A program made the translations under genes and the position numbers. From Epiperipatus broadwayi (taxonomy: Eukaryota > Animalia > Onychophora), in contig JAQFVV010000001.1 in the NCBI GenBank assembly GCA_028023455.1, positions 12,896,001-12,960,000 of the forward strand: DNA of 64,000 nucleotides, given 5' to 3'. Of this stretch, positions 25,721 through 38,957 are shown piece after piece. A model generated the notes under the pieces. It searched no databases and was not told where the DNA came from. It saw only the letters and a list, made by a program, of their open reading frames with translations. Numbering within the stretch: position 1 is the stretch's first letter; each line of letters opens with the position of its first letter.

Positions 25721-28104
25721 ACATTTTAAGACATGTGTGACACATGTAGACAATATATACATATACATTCCATCATATCACATGCTTTCAATCATCCATT
25801 GTTTAATTCTTATACTTGTTTAACTATTATTATAATTTAGTCTCATGTTTATTGATCTCTTTTTGTAAGCACTGACTTCAAACCACATTTAATTCAATTA
25901 GTTTTCATTCAATTTTTTAAAACGTTAAACAGTTAAGCAAACTGAATAGCTAACTGTATTCCTTAGCTGCTCATTAATGTGTTGATAATATGATGACAGT
26001 AATCATTTTGTTTCAAATTCTAAAAACATCCTAAGATATTAAAAATTATAATAAAAAAAATGTAAAAAGCTCTTAATGTAAATATTCTTGTTAATATTTT
26101 GTTACTAATAAAGTTTAAAAAATAATAATAATAATTTTATTCTTTTAAATTTAGATAGGCTTTATATTTTACGATTTTATGGAATTAATATAATTTTCTG
26201 TTGCATAGTTCTTATTACAAACTAAAATTTTATTCTATAATATATTTTAATGGTATATATTTTCATTTCAGTGACACTTGATCCATTATTTGTCCAAACT
26301 TGTACATACACATTATATTTTTTTAGATATTAATTTCTTTACCTAATCCAATGTATCTGATGTGAATTATTTATTAATGTAAAAGCTTAAATATTATATA
26401 ATTCGGAGATAATTTGTCTTTTAAAAGAAGGCAATGAATTCCTAGATAATAACATCTAATTGTTTAGAAAGTTTAAATTGATCTTCCTATAGAAAACTTT
26501 ATATACAATATATATATATGAACACATATCTATATTAGTATAAAAATAAATTATAGTTTTTACTTATTTTTGTCTTTTAATTTGGCTCAATTGCTTTTTT
26601 TTTAAACTTTTTTTTTCTTTTGGAAAACCTAAAACTAATATTTAGTTTCTAATATTGGCCAATTATTGTTCTCCTTTAAGTTTTTTTGTAGTTTGTATGA
26701 CATTTTCCCCCACCTACAGCGGTTTTGAAAGTAAAAAAAAAACACGTTCAAAGAGGTTATACTTAGAATGATCAATATTAGTCAAGTGTCTTTTTGAAAA
26801 TAGCATTTTGGAAAGGCAAAAGCTAATAGACGATGACAGCTTTTAGAGAATAAACAATTTCAGAGTAGATAATGTAGTAAATGCATTTCAGTCACTGAAG
26901 ATATAAAGATGTATAAAATAAACAGCACGTATTTTATATACTTTTATAGTGCACTAATTGGAATATATATATATTGAGGACATCTGTGCACACATCTAGT
27001 TTAAGTACTATAAGTGTAAACATTTTACATATATAACAATAGAAGCTTAGTGGCCAATATAGCAGTCAAATTCACGTCTAATCAATTTCAAAATTTATTG
27101 ACTGTTCATTAAATTTTTTACATATTATTATAACTTAGAAAAAAAAAACTTTAGTTAGAATAAATGGTAATATGAATAAACCTCAATACCAAGTCTTCTA
27201 AAAGGCAAACATTCAATAACAAGACTCTAAAGAGTCAACGAATCTGTACATATTGATAAATCATGTACCTACAGATTCTAATAAAATCAATCTAATTACA
27301 AATATTTATAAAATTAAAAAAACATTGGTTTTGCATAAACAAAAATAATATATTGACACAGAAGCTAGAGAAGACTAGTATAATCATACAAAGCTGTTTT
27401 TTTCCAATTGTGAAACATAAAAAATTAAACTATCAAGATTCTTTATCAATATCATAGTATTACAATTACTGACTAAGGATGTACACATCACAGCTTCAGA
27501 CTATTTAAACTTTTAGGACACAAGTTTATTATGTAGTAAAAACATTGTTTTCAAACAGTATTGACAGCTAATATTAATGTGTATCTTCTAAGATTTGTCG
27601 ATCTAATTGATTTAAGTTCTGCTAAATATATGCGAGCCATTTTTGAAAAAAGATTATGTTCAAAATTTGTGTATTGCTATAAGAACATATCCACATCTTT
27701 TAGCACATTTTTTTTTTGCAAGCTATATTGGTTTTGTAAAAGTGTATATGTATAGTGCAGTACTTGGGATTTATGTTTTAGAATTTCCTATTTTAATATT
27801 ATTAATAATGTTTTATAATTCTGAGCTGCTGATTCCCATGATTGCATACTGGACACTTATGCTGAAGCTCCCTGTTTTCATTCACGTAGAGTAAATTGTA
27901 ATATCACCAGACATCATTTTCATACAATTAAAAGTGTGGGGGAGGGGGAGTTACAACCCATTATTGTTTTCCATTGAAACTTGATTAATTTTTGAAATGA
28001 TTTTTAATAGGATAAAAAAAGATTACAAAATTATCAAGTCCGTAAATACTTTCATGTTTGTAAAATATTTACATTTTTTTAAAAAATATTTTAAATACAA
28101 GTAT

Positions 28105-28385
28105 ATTTTATATACCTGGAGTCCAGATATAATATAGGGGATTTGAACACAGACTTTCAAGCTTCCTTTAGCCATCCACTCCATCTCATACAACTGATGC
28201 ACATGATCACACACATGTGAAAAAGGTAAATGATCTCCAATATATGTATTTCATGCTGAACCAGCACTCATCAGTTGATCCAGATTATCATCTTCCGCAC
28301 ATATATAATCAAAGCTCGGTTTATATTAAGATAGAAAATCTTCAGACTTTAATGCACAGGCTTTAATCTATTCCACCTTCCAATT
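28105..28385 (+). mobile_element. Solo left arm of family A including the outer extension (cctggagt...)
   Basis: tatacctggagtccagatataatataggggatttgaacacagactttcaagc...tgaaccagcactcatcagttg...; no partner arm nearby. Confidence 0.85.
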
Positions 28386-29708
28386 CATATGATTTTGTAT
28401 AACTTACTACTTTAAAGCAACTAATTATTGATTTATATTTTCCTGATACTAATTGACAACAACTATATCTGTAAGTCTGTTTAAGAAAATAGTGGTTATT
28501 TGCATAAAGTTACATTATATTTATATGCATCTCCAGCAATAATGAGTTTTAAAAAAAAGAAATAAAGAAAGACCTCAAAATTTAAAAATCTATATTTTTT
28601 TCTATTAATTTATTTTTTATGGAGTTTTGCAAGTATATAAGCTGTAGTTAAAGTAAGATTTCAATTATTATTAATGAATTTCGATAGATAATCTTTTTAA
28701 AAAGTGAGTCAAAGTTTTGAAAAATGTAATAGAGATCTAAAGTTAGGAACTACAGTTGCGGTTTAATCTAATATAAAAAGTCTCAAACTTCAGAAAAATA
28801 ATCCTAAACATAATTAGGTCATTGCATTATAAAAAAAGGCAAGCTTAATTGCTAAAAGGGAGGGAAAGGGAGTATTTTAAATGTTCACAAACTACTGAAA
28901 TTATAATGAAAAACGAAAACAGGATTTATTTGCCACAATAAAATATATTAAATCAAACTTGAAGATTCATACTTTGATTGTAATTTAATTTTTTAAAAAA
29001 ATTATTAAAATATATAAAACTTAAACAAATTATCACTATAGTAAAATGGCACAGATTACCATTGAATAATTAAATAGAAATAGAATAACAATTGAAAGGA
29101 GGTTTGAAAAAAAAAAACGGGGAAGTTTATTTTATGCTGGAAAAACTTTAGATTCTAAAGTTAAAATTCTTACTGAAATAGAGTGTAAATTTTTAAATAT
29201 GCAAAATAGTCACCAAGTTTTAGTATGAAAGTGAAATAGTTAAATTAAAAGTGATGATAATCAATTAATAAAAATATGACCAGTTTGTTTGCAAGATACT
29301 TATTAAAAAACAGTATTTCCACCAAATGGAATAAAGCAATTATACTTATATATATTGAATTAAATATTTCCATAAATTGCTATTATAATAAAGAATCCAT
29401 GGAAATATTTAATTCAACATATACAACTCTTTGGAGAAATTAAAAATATTATTTGCAGAATACCAAGAAAGATGTTATTCTTGCACATCTTCACATCTAT
29501 AAAAAGTGCTTTCTGGGTTTAAGTCCCTTTAACAACTTGGGTTTAAAAGAAAAAAAAATATTTTTACTTCAACAAAAAGTCCAATAAAGGAGCTATTATA
29601 GGTTAATGAGAATACTTGTTTAGCCACAGGGATTAACAATTAGTAATAATTGAAGCTAAAAATTATCTCTATTTATTTGGATATAATCTTATTTATATTC
29701 TTTTATTA

Positions 29709-29789
<81 letters not shown>
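29709..29789. repeat. (TA)n microsatellite
   Basis: Directly visible. Confidence 0.97.
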
Positions 29790-29791
<2 letters not shown>

Positions 29792-29988
29792 GATATAAAA
29801 CAGTTAGTAAATTAGAGAACCATGGGTTTACTTTCTCTCATGTTTTAAGAAAAAAGCAGAGATTTAGAAGGGCTTGTAGTAGCATGGATTGTCTTCAAGT
29901 ACTAATAAAATAATTCAAAGATGTAATGAATATCAACTTTCATTCAGTTTGAGTATGTAGTTTAAGAAATGCTTTTAATCTTTATATA

Positions 29989-30300
29989 TATGACAATAGA
30001 TGGCATTATACCAAAAACACCTTCAAGCGTTTGTTTACATAAACGTCAGAGCGAGTATTTCACTATCTCTAACTTAATTTCCACCTTCAGATCATGATTT
30101 CAAGCTATTTGCTATCATCAGTGAAGGACAGGATTAAGAAACTAGATCTAAAACACAAACTCTGAGCGTTTAAGAAACAGTTTCTTGAAATCATGATCTG
30201 AAGGTGAAAATTAACGTTAGAGATAGTGAAATACTCGCTCTGACATTTATGTAAACAAACGCTTGAAGGTGTTTTTGGTATAATGCCATCTATTGTCATA
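29989..30300. mobile_element. Young MITE (~310 bp) with ~125-bp near-perfect TIRs, flanked by TA
   Basis: TA-TGACAATAGATGGCATTATACCAAAAACACCTTCAAGCGTTTG...CAAACGCTTGAAGGTGTTTTTGGTATAATGCCATCTATTGTCA-TA; only a few arm mismatches; CpGs retained. A TA TSD is typical of Tc1/mariner-type MITEs. Confidence 0.92.
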
Positions 30301-30929
30301 AATACAAGCATATGCAAGTTTTTTAACTTGTGTTTTTTGTTTTTCATATATATATATATATATATATCAGTTATGAAGAATGTCTGTTTATTAAACCTAT
30401 GACTTGGGGTTGGCATCCAAGTTAAATGAATTTTTTTGAAAGATTTAGAATTTGGTCAGGTAGATGTCTCATATCAATTCAGATTACTATTCAACATTGG
30501 TTGGTAAATGTGTATCTAGCTATTTATAGCAAGAGGGTAAAATAAAAATGCAACCTGTTTAAATCTTCTCAGTCAGCAAATGACAAGCCTGATGAGTATT
30601 GCATTCTCCTTTATTCTTCTATGAGAACTGTAAGAAAAGTCTATGCCCTGAAATGAGTTTATTTTAAAAGGCTGCTTTATCTTTATTTGTCAGCTGTAGT
30701 AATGCTTGAAAAATAGAAAAGTCTTACATTAAAATTATTCAGAATCATTTAAAAAATTCTACTTCATCATAAAACTTTATGTACAATGAAAAAATAAAGT
30801 ACAAATTGATATTAATATCCAATACGATATCTCTTAATTCTTTCACTTACTACACTATTATAAATAAGAACAGTTTTTTACTCTAGTGATATGATTATAA
30901 ATTTAAGTAACCAGTGATTGTTAGATAAT

Positions 30930-32050
30930 AATGCAGTTTGATACTTATCAGATAATTTCTGGCATTTATCTTTATCAATGAAAATTTGGGATTTAAAACT
31001 GAAAACTATTATAAAGATGGGTAATAAATTGCATTACTATTTGGTAGTTATCGATTGCTCAAGTTTACAATAGACGATGGCAGATCAGAGAATTGGTTTT
31101 GCTTATACAAGGGGAGATATACTAAAATGTTTCAATTTCTCTAAAATTATTTTCAGAAACTTTGAAAAATTTAAAACTTTAGACTAGAATATGTCAGGTC
31201 TCAAGATAAATGATTATCAGTTATAAAAGTTATTTTTGAAATAACAGCCTACATCTTCCATCAAAAATTTAGAACTATATTTAGTCACTTTGAAAAAAAA
31301 ATAATTTATTAAAAATATTTTTAAACTACATTGTCAAAAAATATATATTAAAGGAAAGAATGAAGGGGGGGGGGTAATTATATTTAGTTGTATCAGTTGA
31401 TATCAATTGAACCAATTAAAATGGAAAAAAAAAACTATTTGGGAGGCTGATATAGTTATAATATTAAATGGAAGCACTTTTGTAACCAATATATTTTGCC
31501 TGTTTTGACTTATAGTTGTTAAAAATGAACTCTAAATTTAAAAATAAAAAGTAAAGCAAAGATGTTTGAAAAGAATTATGTTGGGAATTAATAAAAGGAA
31601 GAGAAAAATAATACATTTATTCCAACTAATATTACTGATCAAATTGTAAAAATTAAAAAATTAAAATTAAGATGAACTTGACAAGCAGAGATTGTAATTA
31701 TAAATCAAAGTAATCTTAGAATGACATCAAGAAATGAAAAGCACTTTTGGAAAAGATTTAACTTGGAGTTGGGAGATGATAAAAATAAGTTTTTGAATCT
31801 TTCTGAAAAATATTTGTGGCAGATCTTTGGCAAAAAGTATCAGAGATGCTGGATGCCCTGTAGTAGATTGGTAGTATCTGAAAATGTTTTTTTATGAATG
31901 ATTTCCATTATGTAAGAATAGGCAAAAAAAACTTATTTATGTGGAAAATTAACAATAGCAAACAGTTCTAAACAAGATTTTGATTACTTTGAGTCTATGT
32001 ATGGTTTCTAAGATTGCTTGCCAATGTATAATAACATCATAAATATTTTC
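30930..32050 (+). mobile_element. Highly decayed L1/Tx1-like ORF2 fragment
   Basis: NMSGLKIN (SGLKIN motif, ~31190), KGKNEGGG (GGLG position, ~31360) and DAGCPV...FFYE (zf-RVT-like, ~31850) occur in the expected order. Confidence 0.4.
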
Positions 32051-32469
32051 TCTAGTGCAAAAGTGATTGGATTTTAAAAGAAAAATGTGTTTAAAAGAAT
32101 AAATAATATTACTTAAACACTTAAATAATCTTTGATGTTACCCATACTATAATATTGATCAGGATCCTTTGCAGAACCATTCATCATTCATCTATTGATT
32201 TTTTATACATGAATGATATACTGATTGTCTTCATATATTCCCTCTTCTAAAAACTATTTAGCATTTTCCTCTATGTTAAAACATATATCCAATTAATGGA
32301 ACAGAAGCTTTCTAGCATAATATCAATTACAATACAGTAAATTTGTCTACTTTATATACAATACATTATTTACATTCCAAAAATGAAAAGAGAGAGATAG
32401 AAGATGTAAGAAAAAAGGCAGTGCTAGTCTGTCGTCTGCTTATCTGACATCCCAAGATGCTGTTTTTTT

Positions 32470-34070
32470 AACTTTTTATTATTTCAAAATAAACTTTATT
32501 TGCACTGTTAAGTCAAATATCACAGATTATACAGCATTCATTATCTCAATCAGATAATTACAAAGCTTATATTAGAAGTATGTATAATTTACAATGAGTT
32601 AAACATATTATTTGTTAACAGGATTGATTAACATGGCATTATAAAAATTAACTTGTCGGGATTATGGTGTATGCAAACTTAAGGTGACTTAAAGTACAAA
32701 AAGATTATGTTATTGATCACAGATGAGTATATATTATTTGGTCTATCTGAAGTTATGAATGCTAAACAATCCAGGCTGGAACATATTCAACTTAAAGGAT
32801 AAAAATAAAATAAACTGGATATATAGTCACTAATACATTTCTACAAAGAACATTGCATTATAAGTAACCAGAATAGGTTATACTAATTTATAACATCCAT
32901 TATCAGTAAAACTGATGTCCTTTAATCAAAATTAGAGCATAATTATGTAAAGCCTATTCCAACAATTACAAGGTAGGAATCTTAGGGTTGAATATGTTAA
33001 TATTTAATAAAACCAGACACAGAAAAAATAATAAAGCCAATTCATCAATGATAACATTAAATTACATGGAATATAGGAGAAATAGAAGATTTAACATATA
33101 GTCCTTATAAAGTAGGTTTTTAATGCTGTGTAATCCCATGGCAAAGATCAAGTTAGTGGGTCAGGAAATTGGATAATACAGGATGCACATGATTATTGTT
33201 AAATCTTCAATTGGCTCCAAGTTTGGTCAGCAAGCCAGGCTGGCAAGTTCTTACATCACTTTCCTTAGCTTTGTACAGTAACTTAAGGAGAAGATCTTCT
33301 ATAGCACTGACAGAATCTCTATCAAATAGTACTCAACATCTTATCTTTCAGATGACAAAGTTTGTGAATGTGGCTAATCTGATACCACCAAAAATTCCCT
33401 TTCTGAGAACATCACTTAGGTGAACATTAGTTGAGTCAGACTCTGTCATTCTCTGTAGAATGATATTATGTAGATGCGTCCATGACTCACATTGATATAG
33501 TATATGTATCATAGACTCATCATACCTTCTACAAAGGAGACAGATGGGATCAATGTTATGTCCTCTTTGGTGGCAAAGAAACATCCCCGTGGGCAGGGCT
33601 CTGAGGTTGACTTTCACCAAAATGTCTACAAACTTCGGTTCAAGTTTCAGGAACTTGATCAACCTCATGAGATGAGGGATTCCAACAGAAAGAAGGTTCT
33701 CTGTCTTGGACTTGCCTGAGTGAGTCAACTAGTATGTATTCCAGCAAGATAATTTTTCATTGAACATGGAGCTTGAGGTTTTAATGTTGTTGACCATGAT
33801 TGTTACTTGTTGTTGCAGCCAAATTTTCTCTTCCTGGGGGAGGTCAATTAGTGGAAATTATTTTTTCTAAAGGGAAAGGACTTTCTATATTGATATTATC
33901 TTTGAAAATCTTTACTAAGACGTATGTTCTCTGGATAAGGAATACTTTGAGTATAGCCCTAATCCATTAAATAGTCTTGGCTTTTGCACTAGATTGAGGC
34001 TGATGGGAGGGGTCCCCCCCCACAGCATAGCTTTCTGCATAGTGATTCAACCTTCTTGATAACTTTTTGT
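32470..34070 (-). mobile_element. 5'-truncated L1/Tx1-like LINE: post-RT region, zf-RVT and probable 3' UTR, same family as 1-1035
   Basis: LWGG..ISLNLVQKPRLFNGLGL (~33950-34030); ORF 33348..33728 contains VNLRALPTGMFLCHQRGHNIDPICLLCRRYDESMIHILYQC (CCHC zf-RVT); AATAAA plus an A-rich end on the minus strand near 32470-32500 (UTR assignment less certain). Confidence 0.8.
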
Positions 34071-35009
34071 GTGAGAAACTTTCAGAAAGACAGCAGTACT
34101 TTTGCCTAATTGTTGTTTCCCATTTTATTATATATATAATTCTATTTTGTTATTGAGTTTCTTGTACAATAATTATGATTTATAGTGTTAACACTTTTAG
34201 TAAATAATTTTGCCCATTTAAAGTGACTTATCATTTTTCATATCTGCATTATTTTAATTACTTATTAATCATTATGTACATAGTTTAATCTTTGACATTT
34301 ATACCTAATTACATTATGTATTTTTGCTAATTTGGCGATTAGGATTTTAAGTTAATAATATAAGGTTATTTAATATAGGTGTGTATCTATCTTAAATCTT
34401 TTACCGCAATGAATATCAACGTTCATTTAGTATTGGAATGTTATGCATTTAAAATTTTTGTTTTGTATAATTTTTCTGCAATTATTTTAAAATACGCGTG
34501 TGTGTGAGGATTTCAGACTATAAGTAGAGTTTCAAATTAATATAAAAATAATCTTAAAACCCACACTATAAGATACTTGTTTTTTTTTTTCTATTTTAAT
34601 GTATTGCGAATGGGCAACAATATTCCAGACATTTATATATTTAAACAAATGAACGTAAATCTTTAAAAAAGTAAAAATAAAAACAAGCAAATAAAATACA
34701 AATAATTTTTTTTTTTTTGCGAGACTCTATTATAGCAATTCAATGATATTCATATTTTATCTCCCCCTTCTTCCAGAAAAACTTATGAAATGAAATAAAT
34801 GATTTTAGAAGTTATTTAAAACAAACTATTCTTAAAAAATTAGAAAGAAAATTATAATTTTGTCCTAAATGGTTTTTAATATTCTTCACCCTCCTTCCTC
34901 ATTACAAATTATTATGTTTCCTTGTTTTATGACTAGTTATATATCTTCCATATAAATTAATGTTTCTTGGTAACCTTTTTTAAATAGCTAACATATCTAT
35001 ATAGTATTG

Positions 35010-35105
35010 TTTTTTTCATATGTCAAATGCGTTAACCGGGAAACGAACCCGGACGAGCTGCTTAAAAGGCAACAATGCTAACCACTAGGCCACCAACGCT
35101 TGACT
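35010..35105 (-). mobile_element. tRNA-Gly-derived retrocopy/SINE of tRNA length with a TTT anticodon and 17-bp TSD
   Basis: Reverse complement GCGTTGGTGGCCTAGTGGTTAGCATTGTTGCCTTTTAAGCAGCTCGTCCGGGTTCGTTTCCCGGTTAACGCA resembles metazoan tRNA-Gly(TCC); followed by an A tail; flanks atatctatatagtattg (34993-35009) and atatctatatagtgttg (35106-35122). Confidence 0.85.
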
Positions 35106-35189
35106 ATATCTATATAGTGTTGGATTCAGATATGTACAAACTTGATATCTCATATTCTTAGAATTTCTATATGTTTAATAAAAAACTAG

Positions 35190-36870
35190 TAACATTAAAA
35201 ATTGTTTTGTGCAAAGGTTGGTCACCAATTTATTGTAATTTATACTCCAATTTTACATTTTAAAAAATTCAAAGACTAAAAGCTTTTATTTTTTATTAAA
35301 TAATGCCATTACATCCATGTTTAAAAAAAATAACATTTTGTTTGAGACATTACATCTACATGACTGGAAAACCATGTCACAAAGATTATAAATAATACCA
35401 TTGACTCTATGAACTCTAATAATCAATTGTTATTGGAATTTTTACCTAAAACATACATTCACTACTGTTGAGCACTACAAAAAAATTTGAATTCTAAAGT
35501 TAACATAAAATATTACAAATTCAGATTATCATAGGTTAATTTGATCCAAGGTTAAAACAACAATTGCAGTAAAAATAGGTTCTATTCTAAACAAGATTAG
35601 TAGAAAATTTGATGTTCATTCTTTAGAAGCAACTGCTTGGTGTTCATGTTAAATTTCCACATCTGTTCAACACTAAAACTGCCAAGTTTCAACTTGTTAT
35701 GCTATTGAAGCACAGAATTATCTAAAAGACTTTAGGGAAGGTTGTTCTTGGGGTCATTACAAAGAAGATATATGTATATATTGTAGCACTTTCTATTAAT
35801 GATTGCACTGTTAGTGACAACTAAAAAAACATGAATTCTTTGCATGAAAAAATAGCAAAACAAATGTATAGTTTTATTATTAAAATTTAAAGATGGAAGC
35901 TCAACTACTCATAAGTAAAATGATTAGTATAAAAAAGGTATGTCTACTGTAGATCTTTTTAAGTATTGAAAATAATATATGAATCTAATAAGGTCACCAC
36001 AAACATACTAAATTAGACTCTTTTATCCAAATAGATAAAGAAAATATTTTTGTCATTTTTTAAAATAAAAATGTTAAGAATTAACATAATTTATCTTTAA
36101 TTAATGTATCTACTCAACCAATTTATTTATATTTGGAAAATAATTATCAAAAAATAATTCTTTGTAATTATATAAATGAAAGATTGCAGATTTTGATGAC
36201 ACATCTTGAGAAGTTTTAAGATATAGTGATAATGTTGTTACCTTCAAAACTTTTGACATTTTTTAAAGGAATATATTAGATCATAAACTCATGTAATCTG
36301 TTTTAATTTATAAAATAGAGGATTAAAAAACTGCACCAATTATCATGAAATATCAATATTATTCACTACAGCAAAAATATTTGCAAGAATTTGCTCAAAC
36401 ATAGATAAATAATACCCAGACTTTATGTGATTTTAGAGAATAATGAAGAACTACATAGTGTGTTTTTTGTTGCCTGAAAAATGCAATAAAAAGTAAAATT
36501 ATGAACAAAAGCTGACTGAAGTACTGTTTTTATCATTCTGTCAAAAGTCAGTTAATTCACAGCAATATTTGAAATGCATTTGTTGTTCAGTCAAGTTCAT
36601 TCATATTATGCAACTTCTATATGATAAAATAATATAAAGTTTTACTGTTAGAAAAAATTTTGAGACTAATTAAGAATATGCACTAACTCTAATTTGGTTT
36701 TCCTTTTCAGTTCTAATTTTTGGAATAGTTTATAAGCAGTTTTATGAAACAGACAACAAGATGTGATATATGATTGATGGTTGACAATTTGGAAAAATAA
36801 AAAAAATTGCTTCCTTGGATTTTAAATTTAACTATGTTGATAGTTGTTCTATTATACAAAAATGTAGCCT
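35190..36870 (+). pseudogene. Decayed Cys-rich reading frame, possibly an endogenous class II viral fusion glycoprotein (bunyavirus Gc-like)
   Basis: Frame from 35521 reads EATAWCSC*...STCYAIEAQNYLKDFREGCSWGHYKEDICIYCSTFY; a hydrophobic stretch LPWILNLTMLIVVLLYK lies ~1.1 kb downstream. Pattern resemblance only. Confidence 0.3.
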
Positions 36871-37668
36871 ATAAAACAAATGGTTTAGCAATTGATGTTC
36901 GAACAATTCAAACATTTTGCCAATCAGTGATAAAAATAAAAATAAAAATCAGAAACTTTAATTTGAATGAATATCCATTTGAGAATGAGAATTATTTAAA
37001 TATTTTGGTAAAATTTTAGCCTGAAAACAGACTTGGATGCTGTAATGCAGTGTGTTGCTTCTGTTATAAGACTTTGATTTGACTCTATTAATTGTATGAA
37101 AATCAAACAGTTGTTGGGAAAACTTGATTTTAAAATGTTTTATAATATTCACAACATATGATGGCAAGATTAAAAGATTAATATTATGTCTTTAAGCTTA
37201 TTACTGAATGTGATGATATTAAAATTATTATTGTAAGTACATATTCTTGATGACTTAGACATAATTTAATAGTAATATTCCTAATAAAAAAAGTATTTTA
37301 TGATAATTTGATGGTAGGTTTTATGGTAAAAACACAATGTCTCCCTAAAGTAGTGCAACTATGTTTTTATAGAAGGCAGATGACAAACTGCAGTGGAACC
37401 TAAGATGTTGAAGTCTTTTCAAAAAAAAAAGTTTTGCATAAGATTACAAACAAATATTAAAATAAGCATATATGAACATATTTTTGCTTCTCAGATTGAT
37501 TTATATAGCCATAGAAAAATTCATCTTAAACTTTCTTCTTTCTATCTTTTTTTCTGTGGTTCAAATTAACCACAATTATTTTTAAGAGTCAGATAATTAT
37601 ATGTATATATATAATAAATAGGTTAATACATCTTCAATTTTACATAAACAAATCTGAAATGTTGTTAG

Positions 37669-38449
37669 AACCAATGATAAGGTGCAATACATTTATTATA
37701 TGACTATCAAACTATTTGAAAAACAAACCAGTAAGTCATTCTGCAGTATACATGCACTTTAATGGTAATTTTTCCCAGCTGCCTTGAGAAAATGTTTATT
37801 ATCCATGCAAATATAAATAGTAACGCTTAATTATATTGATATGGTAATATCAGATTCTGATTAGATCTGACATTTTTAAAGATTTAGGACATATAATTTA
37901 AAGTGTAAAATTTAATATTGGGTATCTTGGGCAAGCTTTATTAATAAAATGAACCTTTCTGACTTTGCCTTAATTAATGTATAGCCATAGTAGAATAAAA
38001 AGAACTGCAACACCAAACCTTAGATGTTCAGCTATTATATTTTGCATCAACAAGTGACAGTTCTTTAAGGCAGTTGATAAATGATGGTATTTCTAAAGGT
38101 ATATATACTTCAGAATAATATCATATTTTATAGTATGGCAGTCATTATAGGTGTATTATGCAATATAATTGGATCTGACATATCTCAAGATTTATTTACA
38201 TATGTGTTATCCAAAATTGTAGCAATAGTTATATTTAGCAAACAACAATTCAGTCAGTATCATCTGCTATGTTTGTGCACTTAAAACACATACACACACA
38301 AATGAGCTTTCTTATTGTCTAAGCAAGAAAGATTGTTTGACAAAAAATGTTTATTATCATTATTGTTACTAAACAAGTTAAAATTTTAAAATAGGATAAT
38401 TATTGCTAAATTTATCTTAGTACTCCAGAAATCTAAAGATGACTTTTAA
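37669..38449 (+). CDS. Candidate host gene 3' part, four phase-compatible exons (37669-37730, 38024-38098, 38151-38252, 38421-38449); product unknown
   Basis: Spliced frame TNDKVQYIYYMTIKLFEKQT-NVQLLYFASTSDSSLRQLINDGISK-GVLCNIIGSDISQDLFTYVLSKIVAIVIFSKQQF-ILQKSKDDF*; donors gtaagt, gtatat, gtcagt. No homolog recognised. Confidence 0.35.
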
Positions 38450-38781
38450 AAAGAATCATCATTAGTAGCTATTAGTAAGAAAAAGAGAAATAAATAGAGA
38501 GAGAGAAAAACAAAAAGTTAAAAATGAATTTTGAAATAACTATATAAAACTATTCAGTGAAATCAAAAATACATCTATATATGACAAATGCAGTTTATTT
38601 TTATCATACTAAGTTAACTTTTAACTTTTACAGCAAGCTTTATCTTTGAAAGATATATTGACCAATTGTAGTTTTTTATAGTCTATCCAAATGAATGTAA
38701 TTTATATTACACTTTTCTATTGTCTATGAGACAATTGTTACAATGTAAATGAAGTCTGACTCAAACTCATAACAAAATAAC

Positions 38782-38894
38782 TTTTTTTTTCATATGTCAA
38801 AGCATCGGCCGGGAAGTGAACCCACAACAACAGTCTGCAAACAACTACTTGCTTGCAAGGCAGCTGCGCTGACCTCTCAGCTACCAATGCTTGA
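38782..38894 (-). mobile_element. tRNA-Gly-derived SINE copy (TGC loop, long variable insert)
   Basis: Reverse complement tcaagcattggtagctgagaggtcagcgcagctgccttgcaagcaag...gggttcacttcccggccgatgctttgacatatgaaaaaaaaa; no clear TSD. Confidence 0.85.
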
Positions 38895-38957
38895 TATAAA
38901 AAGAATATTACTATTTATTTACATTATTTGACTAATACAAATAAGTTGTGCCTACAT

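Larger units (their letters stand above)
29050..30600 (+). mobile_element. Highly decayed RTE/CR1-like RT region interrupted by (TA)n tracts and a young MITE
   Basis: Ordered remnants: LTEIECKFLNM, ISTKWNKAIILI (W..A.I motif), VILAHLHIYKKCF (position of D..KAFD), LQVLIK..VMNIN and GQVD; many stops. Confidence 0.35.

Noticed and set aside
26750-27400. Possible endonuclease-domain remnant upstream of the 29-kb RT relic
   Set aside because: No diagnostic APE motif can be read.
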